NCBI RefSeq assembly: GCF_028288465.1 | Contig: NZ_JAQBNR010000046.1 | Coordinates: forward strand, 93,219 to 157,218 | Reading direction: 5' to 3' | Source of the DNA: Ferruginibacter sp. | GTDB lineage: Bacteria; Bacteroidota; Bacteroidia; Chitinophagales; Chitinophagaceae | Length of the DNA stretch: 64,000 bases | Program-made: the position numbers and the translations under genes | Notes under the pieces: generated by a model | The model's database searches: none | Seen by the model: only the letters and a program-made list of their open reading frames with translations | Told to the model about the DNA's origin: nothing | Part shown: piece by piece, positions 57,641 through 64,000 of the stretch | How positions within the stretch are numbered: the stretch's first letter is position 1 | Layout of the letters: the number at the start of each line of letters is the position of its first letter

Positions 57641-58635
57641 CGCAATCCTATATTGGTATAATTATGAAAATAATTTCCTGACACAGAAAAGTAAGCGGGG
57701 TAAGGCACGAGGTGGTAAGAATTAAAAATGGAAAAGTGAATCAGGTGCTGTATATCCCAATCTGTGTAATTGTACCGGTTGATGCTTACGCCAAATCCTT
57801 TTCCGGGGTTGGCAATGTGCAACGACCAGAGACTCTTATTGTAATATTTTTCTTCGGGGTTATTGTAACTCACAAAAGCCAGGTCCATTTTATTGGATAC
57901 CTCAAAAGCGTTTTTTGTATACCCTGTAAATTTTTGAAAAGACAATTCCACCAGGTTAACATCCTGTTTCGTGTCGCCCTGGTAACTGATTACCGAACCA
58001 CCGGTATAAAACCTGTCCCTGCTGTCGCCCAGGTAAGCTTCATCGAAAGGTGTGCCACCATCGTTGTAATAAGATACCTGCATCCTGTTTACATGTAAGT
58101 TCATAAAGCCTACCCGTTGGCTCATTCTCAATTTATCAGTAGATAAAATAAAATTGGTACCTAACGAAAACGAGTAATTGTAAGGATTCTGAAGCGCCGG
58201 AACAGTTGAATTGGAGAAGTAATACAGCGGGATATTTCTTTTGATCACGTGGGGCAAACTATCCTTATTAAAATAATTATTTAAACCGGTGGTAAGCGTA
58301 AAAGCATTGATAAAATCAATCGTAAAAGTTGGTTTTTTATTACCGGCTCTTCGCCTGCTGCCAAAGCCGCCATTGTACAGTTGTACTTCTTCATTAAAAG
58401 AAAAATACAATGACCTCGCCAGCAAGTTGGAGCCAAACCCAAAATCAGCACACAACCGGAACACCGTTGGCTGCGTTTTGCTGAAGCTCAACTCCACCAA
58501 ACCTTTAAGCGACAGTCCATATTGAAAGCTTAGTTCATTGTTGGAATAAATACGCCGGGATTGGGCCACTGCTGACTGGCAAAAACAGGCACACAAGGCG
58601 CAGAGTAAAGAAATATAGGAGCATTTCTTTTTCAT
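57637..58635 (-). CDS. Secreted protein with polymorphic toxin type 23 (Ntox23)-like / LpxR-like motifs
   Basis: SYYNDGG..LGDSRDRFYTGG and IQHLIH; signal peptide; many alternating beta-strand segments. Confidence 0.65.
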   Translation of the reverse strand: MKKKCSYISLLCALCACFCQSAVAQSRRIYSNNELSFQYGLSLKGLVELSFSKTQPTVFRLCADFGFGSNLLARSLYFSFNEEVQLYNGGFGSRRRAGNKKPTFTIDFINAFTLTTGLNNYFNKDSLPHVIKRNIPLYYFSNSTVPALQNPYNYSFSLGTNFILSTDKLRMSQRVGFMNLHVNRMQVSYYNDGGTPFDEAYLGDSRDRFYTGGSVISYQGDTKQDVNLVELSFQKFTGYTKNAFEVSNKMDLAFVSYNNPEEKYYNKSLWSLHIANPGKGFGVSINRYNYTDWDIQHLIHFSIFNSYHLVPYPAYFSVSGNYFHNYTNIGLR

Positions 58636-58764
58636 CCGGACTGGTTAAGGTTTTAATAGAAGGTAATAGCAACTGATAATTTTATCTGGCATGCTTTGCG
58701 AAACAAAATACAGTTCGTCAAACATATTTCAAATACCTGCTATTACTTTTTTATTCATACGCCT

Positions 58765-60150
58765 CTATCCTTTCCTGGTAACAGCAAGCATTACTTCCCG
58801 TAAAAATTTATTTTCATCCAGCGTATGTAAACCCAATCTTACCACCACAAGGTGCTTTGATGGAATGATATAAATATCCTGGCCACCGTAGCCGTCCGCA
58901 AAATACATATCCGCAGGTACATCGGGATACCATCTTCGCGACGGCATTTTTGCTTCATAGCCATTTAACCAAAACTGGTACCCGTAGTGTTTTCGTGCAT
59001 CCGCAATTGAAGGTTGTACTGTTTCTCTTACCCAGTTTACCGGCAGAATCTGTTCACCATTCCAAACGCCGTTATTGTAATACAATAAACCAAAACGGGC
59101 AAAATCCCTTGCCGTCGCGTAGCTGTACGAAGAGCCGATATAAGTACCCGAAGCATCCGGCTCCAGCAACATGCTGTACATATTTATTTTATGAAACAAA
59201 GCCTGGCAGGGAAAAGATGGATATAATTTTTCGCCCACCGTATGACGTATAATCCGGCTGAGGATATTGGTATTGCCGCTGGAATAATTAAACGCTGTTC
59301 CCGGCGAATCTTTCAACGGCAATGCCGCCGTGAACGCAGCCATATCGCCCTTATTAAATAACATGTTGGTTACTTCACTTGGGTTGGCGTAGTCTTCCTT
59401 AAACCTCAAGCCGGTAGTTTGTTGCAGCAATTGCCTGATGGTGATTTGTTCTTTGGAAGTGTGCTTCCATTCGGGCACCGGTGCCGTATCTTCAACAGCT
59501 AATCTTCCCTCCCTGACTAAAACACCAATCATAGCACCAGTAAGACTTTTAGAAACAGACCAGCCCAGCTGCACGGTATTTTTATCAAAGCCCGGTGCAT
59601 ATTGTTCGCCCACAATGGCCCCTTTATACAGCACCACAATACTCCTTGTTTCAGATGCCTTTTTTTTGTAGGTGGAATGCATGGCATTGTCGATCGCCTG
59701 TTGCAGGAGGACTTTATTGACATCTGCAGAAATAGTATCGGGTATGCGATCTCCCTGCGGCCATGGCAGGCTGTCCTGGTTTACTGCAACGGTTGGTGGC
59801 AATAAAAAAGGTTGTGACCGAACCTGCTCTTCTGTAAAATCATTGATGAGGGTGCAGCCAATGCCCTTTCTGAAAATGGCTTTGCGCTTTGCAAACCCCC
59901 ATACCGAGCCGGTAACAGATGAATCTGTTTTGTTGACGCTAAAGGAGCCGAGTGACAAAGGAAATTCAGCAAGATCATCTTTGATCACTTCTCCGGCATC
60001 GCGGTGTTGCAGGTAAACAGCAGAGCAAAGATTTTTAGCGCCATACCCGCTGATAGCAGGAAACGCAAGCCAGGCATACCAAGTAACCGCAGCTAAAATC
60101 AATAGCAGCAAAACAGCCACCGCACGTTTGATAAATTTACCCGGCCGCAT
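58765..60150 (-). CDS. Serine hydrolase (beta-lactamase family), N-terminally anchored
   Basis: SVSK (SxxK), YSS, ADGYGGQ; start ATG 60150 (MRPGKFIKR). Confidence 0.88.
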   Translation of the reverse strand: MRPGKFIKRAVAVLLLLILAAVTWYAWLAFPAISGYGAKNLCSAVYLQHRDAGEVIKDDLAEFPLSLGSFSVNKTDSSVTGSVWGFAKRKAIFRKGIGCTLINDFTEEQVRSQPFLLPPTVAVNQDSLPWPQGDRIPDTISADVNKVLLQQAIDNAMHSTYKKKASETRSIVVLYKGAIVGEQYAPGFDKNTVQLGWSVSKSLTGAMIGVLVREGRLAVEDTAPVPEWKHTSKEQITIRQLLQQTTGLRFKEDYANPSEVTNMLFNKGDMAAFTAALPLKDSPGTAFNYSSGNTNILSRIIRHTVGEKLYPSFPCQALFHKINMYSMLLEPDASGTYIGSSYSYATARDFARFGLLYYNNGVWNGEQILPVNWVRETVQPSIADARKHYGYQFWLNGYEAKMPSRRWYPDVPADMYFADGYGGQDIYIIPSKHLVVVRLGLHTLDENKFLREVMLAVTRKG

Positions 60151-60186
60151 AAATGCATTTAATGGTATGATGAATGCAAGAAACCT

Positions 60187-60214
60187 GATACTGGATACCG
60201 GATACTGGATGTTG
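60187..60214. repeat. Tandem heptamer array (GATACTG-like) x4
   Basis: GATACTG GATACCG GATACTG GATGTTG. Confidence 0.7.
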
Positions 60215-60260
60215 GGTACCGCACGTTCAGAAAAAAAATGATGGATGATGATAGCATGAT

Positions 60261-60316
60261 CCTCACTATTCACTATTCACTATTCACTATTTACCATTCA
60301 CTACTCACCACTCACT
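60261..60316. repeat. Tandem heptamer array (ATTCACT-like) x8
   Basis: Same unit family as 34589-34644; overlaps the stop codon of 60315..61529. Confidence 0.9.
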
Positions 60317-61529
60317 ATTTCTTACTAATCCTGAACAACAAGCCACCATCCGTTACTGCATACAGCTTGCCGTCCATTTGTGCTACGTCACGAAAGCGTT
60401 CCTTTTTATCCAGCAACAACATTTCTTCACCCACTACTTTATTGTTTTCAATTACCAGCCGGTCGATGTGCATACTGCTGAGGCAGGCGATGAACAGATT
60501 GTTCTTCCATTCAGGAATGGCATCGCCTGTATAAAAAACAATACCACTTGGTGAGGCAACCGGATCCCAATAATATACTGGCTGCTCCATGCCTTCTTTT
60601 TGCTGAATACCATCACCAATTTTTGGTCCATCGTATTCTATCCCATAGGTAATTACAGGCCATCCATAATTTTTTCCTGGTTTAATCAAATTCACTTCAT
60701 CGCCACCACGCGGACCAAACTCTACTTCCCACAAATCACCTGTTACCGGGTTAATGTCCAGCCCCTGCGGATTGCGGTGACCATACGAATAAATTTCCGG
60801 CTTTACATTTGGTTGATTTAAAAACGGATTGCCGGGTGCAGGTTTGCCCTCTTTGGTGATTTTAAATATTTTACCTAAACCAGAGCTCAGTAATTGAGCC
60901 TGTGCCCTGCCCGGCAAAATAGATCTTTCACCAGCGCTAACAAATAAATTACCAGCCTTATCAAATACCAGCCTGGAGCCAAAATGATATTCACTTTTCA
61001 GCGCCGGTGTTGCCTGGAAAATAACGGTTGGATTGTGTACAGACGAATCGGCTTCACTCAGTTCGCCTTTCGCTACTGCTGTTAAATTAGCCGTATCAAC
61101 CTTTTCAGAAAAAGACCAGTAAATTATTTTGTTTTTTGCAAAATCCGGATCCAGCGCCACATCCAGCAGGCCGCCCTGCCCGCCGTCGTCTACGGGAGGC
61201 AGCCCGGTAATCTTTTTTTGCAATGCACCATCGGCAGAACGGATCGTTATAAAACCAGATTTTTCGGTGATCATCAACCTGCCATCCGGCAAAGGTATAA
61301 TCGCCCAGGGCCGGCCTAAATTTTCTGCAATTTTTTCTACTGTATAAGGCGTTGTGGTGGTAACGGCTTTGATTCTTGTCTGACCGGCGAAAGCTGGCTT
61401 GTAATCCGTGTTGGCCTTTGTATTGTCTGCTCCGGTTGCTGCCTGCTTATCCGGCGTTTTAGTATTACAGCTAAAAACAGCTGCCACTCCTGCTATCATT
61501 AAAATTTTCAGTAGCGATGTGCATTGCAT
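60315..61529 (-). CDS. PQQ-dependent sugar dehydrogenase (YliI/GSDH family) lipoprotein
   Basis: Lipobox VFSC; PWAII.LPDG, GQGGLLDVALDPDF, HFGSRLVFD, YGHRNPQG, EFGPRGGDEVN..KNYGWP. Confidence 0.93.
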   Translation of the reverse strand: MQCTSLLKILMIAGVAAVFSCNTKTPDKQAATGADNTKANTDYKPAFAGQTRIKAVTTTTPYTVEKIAENLGRPWAIIPLPDGRLMITEKSGFITIRSADGALQKKITGLPPVDDGGQGGLLDVALDPDFAKNKIIYWSFSEKVDTANLTAVAKGELSEADSSVHNPTVIFQATPALKSEYHFGSRLVFDKAGNLFVSAGERSILPGRAQAQLLSSGLGKIFKITKEGKPAPGNPFLNQPNVKPEIYSYGHRNPQGLDINPVTGDLWEVEFGPRGGDEVNLIKPGKNYGWPVITYGIEYDGPKIGDGIQQKEGMEQPVYYWDPVASPSGIVFYTGDAIPEWKNNLFIACLSSMHIDRLVIENNKVVGEEMLLLDKKERFRDVAQMDGKLYAVTDGGLLFRISKK

Positions 61530-61585
61530 AATTTAAAATTTAGTTGTTGTAAAAATAAACAAGTTAATGCTTTGTTTTTGCACAC

Positions 61586-61786
61586 TCAATCACTCTTTTC
61601 AAGTAAGAATATTGCTTCAACCGGTTTATTAAACACTTTAGCAATTTTTAAAGCTAAAACAGTAGATGGTACATATTTGTTCGCCTCCATTGCATTAATA
61701 GTCTGCCTGCTGACTGATACTTTATTTGCCAATTCTTCCTGCGTCAGATTTTTAATGGCCCGTTCCACTCTTATATTATTTTTCAT
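61586..61786 (-). CDS. XRE/Cro-C1 helix-turn-helix regulator
   Basis: MKNNIRVERAIKNLTQEELANKVSVSRQTINAMEANKYVPSTVLALKIA; start ATG 61786. Confidence 0.92.
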   Translation of the reverse strand: MKNNIRVERAIKNLTQEELANKVSVSRQTINAMEANKYVPSTVLALKIAKVFNKPVEAIFLLEKSD

Positions 61787-62252
61787 CAGTTGCGGCTTGC
61801 GAATTTTTATACATAAGATAGTTAAACCGAACAATAAAAATGATTAACACAGTAAACATATTATACACCATTACGTCTAAAAACGGCGTTCCATACACAA
61901 GTAAAAAGGAAATTAACAACAAAAGGTAACTCACACAAACAGCCCATAGTAAAGATGACAACCGTAGCTCCGCAATAAACTCATCTTCATTTTTCTCTTT
62001 TGAAAAGCTTACCAGCATAGCGCCGATAATAAAAATTGAACCAATAACTGTATTGGTAATATTGGTGTACCTGAAACTAAAATACAGATAATGCGATTCA
62101 GTGCCTTCATTGGCTATTGAAAACACGTTACACCAAAGCCATGCAGCTGCAAATTCATGATAGGCTAATACGAGGCCCAAAATAGTAGCTGGAATCAATA
62201 TCACCCAGCCGATTTTTTTATACCGGTTCGACAATAATAATTTGGTTGACAT
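61776..62252 (-). CDS. Membrane protein co-transcribed with the XRE regulator
   Basis: Four hydrophobic segments; SKEKNEDEFIAELRLSSL; start ATG 62252. Confidence 0.8.
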   Translation of the reverse strand: MSTKLLLSNRYKKIGWVILIPATILGLVLAYHEFAAAWLWCNVFSIANEGTESHYLYFSFRYTNITNTVIGSIFIIGAMLVSFSKEKNEDEFIAELRLSSLLWAVCVSYLLLLISFLLVYGTPFLDVMVYNMFTVLIIFIVRFNYLMYKNSQAATDEK

Positions 62253-62421
62253 AACTTCAAAATTTCTACTAATGTAATACATCTTTTACTTAATGTCAAG
62301 TATTTTTTACATTTTGTATAAAATACCCGACATACGGGGATACTTTAGATAATATTACAGGACTTTAAAAGCTACCATTTTCAGCAGTCAATGGCAATTA
62401 CCCGGAAACCACATTTAATTT

Positions 62422-62429
62422 TATCTTTG
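62422..62429 (+). promoter_or_regulatory. Bacteroidota -7 promoter element (TATCTTTG) for the Dabb gene
   Basis: Matches TAnnTTTG, 35 nt upstream of ATG 62464. Confidence 0.65.
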
Positions 62430-62463
62430 CCTCCCGTCAAAAAACAAAAACACCTTAACCAAA

Positions 62464-62862
62464 ATGATCAGAAGAAAATTTTTAACCTCCGCAGCAGGAT
62501 TAACGGCCGGTACAGCCGTAGCTGCCATGCCAATGAGTATAGCAGCCGATAAAAAGCAATTGGTGCATCATGTATTTTTCTGGCTAAAAAACCCGGATTC
62601 CGTTGAAGACCGGGATAAACTGGTGGAAGGTGTAAAAACACTTTCCAAAATTGAAACCATCCGCAAAATGCATGTAGGCGTGCTGGCCAGTACCGAAAAA
62701 AGAGACGTGGTTGATACCAGCTGGCAGGTATCGGAACTGATGTTTTTTGATGATACCGTGGGTCAAAAAACTTACCAGGATCATCCCATACACCAGGCTT
62801 TTATAAAAAATTACGGTCACCTGTGGGCTAAAGTGGTAGTGTACGATGTAGCGGAAGTGTAA
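62464..62862 (+). CDS. Dabb (stress-responsive A/B barrel) protein with Tat signal
   Basis: IRRKFL; HHVFFWLK, YQDHPIH..F, VVVYD. Confidence 0.88.
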   Translation: MIRRKFLTSAAGLTAGTAVAAMPMSIAADKKQLVHHVFFWLKNPDSVEDRDKLVEGVKTLSKIETIRKMHVGVLASTEKRDVVDTSWQVSELMFFDDTVGQKTYQDHPIHQAFIKNYGHLWAKVVVYDVAEV

Positions 62863-62924
62863 GGTTAATTTATATGCTTTCATTTCCAGTTCACGGCCTC
62901 CATTGCAGCAATTAAAAGCTTGTT

Positions 62925-62932
62925 TATCTTTG
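62925..62932 (+). promoter_or_regulatory. Bacteroidota -7 promoter element (TATCTTTG) for tsaD
   Basis: Matches TAnnTTTG, ending 8 nt before ATG 62941 (near-leaderless transcript). Confidence 0.6.
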
Positions 62933-62940
62933 CCCTCATT

Positions 62941-63990
62941 ATGCCTGTTACTATTTTAGCAATTGAATCTTCCTGCGATGAAACCGCGGCTTCGGTATGT
63001 GTGGATGGCCGCATCTTATCCAACTACATCGCCACTCAAAAAGTACATGAAAAATATGGCGGTGTAGTGCCTGAACTGGCCAGCAGGGCGCATTTACAAA
63101 ATATTGTGCCGGTGGTTGACCTCGCTTTAAAAGAAAGTGGTTGTTCCATGCAATCCCTGGACGCCATTGCGTTTACGCAGGCTCCCGGGCTGATCGGTTC
63201 TTTACTTGTAGGTGCACAATTCGCCAAATCGATGGCGCTGGCGCTGGATAAACCGCTGATTGCCGTACATCATATGCAGGCGCATGTGCTGGCCAATTTA
63301 ATACCTGACGATAAACCGGATTTTCCTTTTTTATGTCTTACCGTAAGTGGCGGCCATACACAAATTGTGCTGTGCACTTCGCCCACGACAATGAAAGTAA
63401 TTGGCGAAACCATTGATGATGCAGCCGGTGAAGCATTTGATAAAACCGCTAAATTATTAGGACTACCCTATCCCGGCGGACCGTTGATTGACAAGTACGC
63501 AGCCAATGGAAATCCCAACCGTTTTGCATTTCCCGAACCACAAATTGCCGGGTTGAATTTCAGTTTCAGTGGGTTAAAAACATCCATTTTATATTTTTTA
63601 CAAAACGCCGGCAGCAGCAATGTTTTTAAAGAAGCATTCACTGCTACCGCGGAAGAAAAGCAATGTTTTATCGATGAGAACCTGGCAGATATTTGCGCTT
63701 CGGTTCAGCACCGCATCATCAGTATTTTGATCAATAAGGTAAAGAAGGCCGCAAAGGAAACCGGCATCAAAGATATTTGTATTGCCGGGGGCGTTAGTGC
63801 CAACAGTGGCTTGCGCAAAGCGCTGAAAGAAACGGGTGATAAAATGGGTTGGCGAACATTTATCCCCGCTTTTGAATATTGCACGGACAATGCGGCCATG
63901 ATCGCCATTACTGCCTATTACAAGTTTTTGCAAAACGATTTTGTTTCATTGAACATCAGTCCTTCACCAAGGGCTGCATTTGATATGTAA
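62941..63990 (+). CDS. tsaD: tRNA N6-adenosine threonylcarbamoyltransferase
   Basis: ILAIESSCDET, GGVVPELASRAH, HHMQAH, VSGGHT, DDAAGEAFDK, AGGVSAN, TDNAAMI. Confidence 0.98.
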   Translation: MPVTILAIESSCDETAASVCVDGRILSNYIATQKVHEKYGGVVPELASRAHLQNIVPVVDLALKESGCSMQSLDAIAFTQAPGLIGSLLVGAQFAKSMALALDKPLIAVHHMQAHVLANLIPDDKPDFPFLCLTVSGGHTQIVLCTSPTTMKVIGETIDDAAGEAFDKTAKLLGLPYPGGPLIDKYAANGNPNRFAFPEPQIAGLNFSFSGLKTSILYFLQNAGSSNVFKEAFTATAEEKQCFIDENLADICASVQHRIISILINKVKKAAKETGIKDICIAGGVSANSGLRKALKETGDKMGWRTFIPAFEYCTDNAAMIAITAYYKFLQNDFVSLNISPSPRAAFDM

Positions 63991-64000
63991 CAAAACTTCT

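Noticed and set aside
60151-60273. 41-residue N-terminal extension of the serine hydrolase
   Set aside because: Made of intergenic heptamer repeats (IQYPVSSI); ATG 60150 gives a proper membrane-anchor N-terminus

Overview
Bacteroidota (Chitinophagaceae-like) chromosomal window with about 50 CDS. I see no rRNA, tRNA, CRISPR array or intact transposase. The left part (1-28 kb) is glycan-foraging DNA: the start of a SusC/SusD/DUF3823 locus, a split hybrid two-component regulator, a T9SS type-B cargo protein, GH92, a ricin lectin, two GH43-like enzymes, a vanadium haloperoxidase/PAP2 protein and an FG-GAP/ASPIC protein. The centre (28-47 kb) is the most interesting part and looks like one uncharacterised catabolic regulon. 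Three tandem Tat-exported ~700-aa paralogues (GH-like TIM barrel, CxCxxC motif, GH42-type trimerisation domain) sit upstream of an eight-gene operon: creatininase-family amidohydrolase, RidA, 3-hydroxyacyl-CoA-dehydrogenase-family enzyme, an enolase-superfamily enzyme with atypical ligands, EamA transporter, L-KDA-dehydratase-like DHDPS-family enzyme, SDR and FAH hydrolase. An AraC regulator and uxuA adjoin it. All four transcription units carry the same 12-bp box (TACTTTTTTAAC) exactly 53 bp from a Bacteroidota -7 promoter element. Passenger genes lie between the paralogues: a lipoprotein gene broken at an in-frame A_AAA_AAG heptamer, and a GNAT-like gene followed by a 57-aa basic ORF missed by the ORF track (candidate toxin-antitoxin pair). 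The right part holds hydrolases and oxidoreductases, an Ntox23/LpxR-like protein paired with a lipoprotein, and tsaD. Intergenic DNA contains several repeat families, including a multi-hairpin element in three copies with compensatory stem changes and nested insertions. All functional calls come from motif recognition by eye; no database searches were run.
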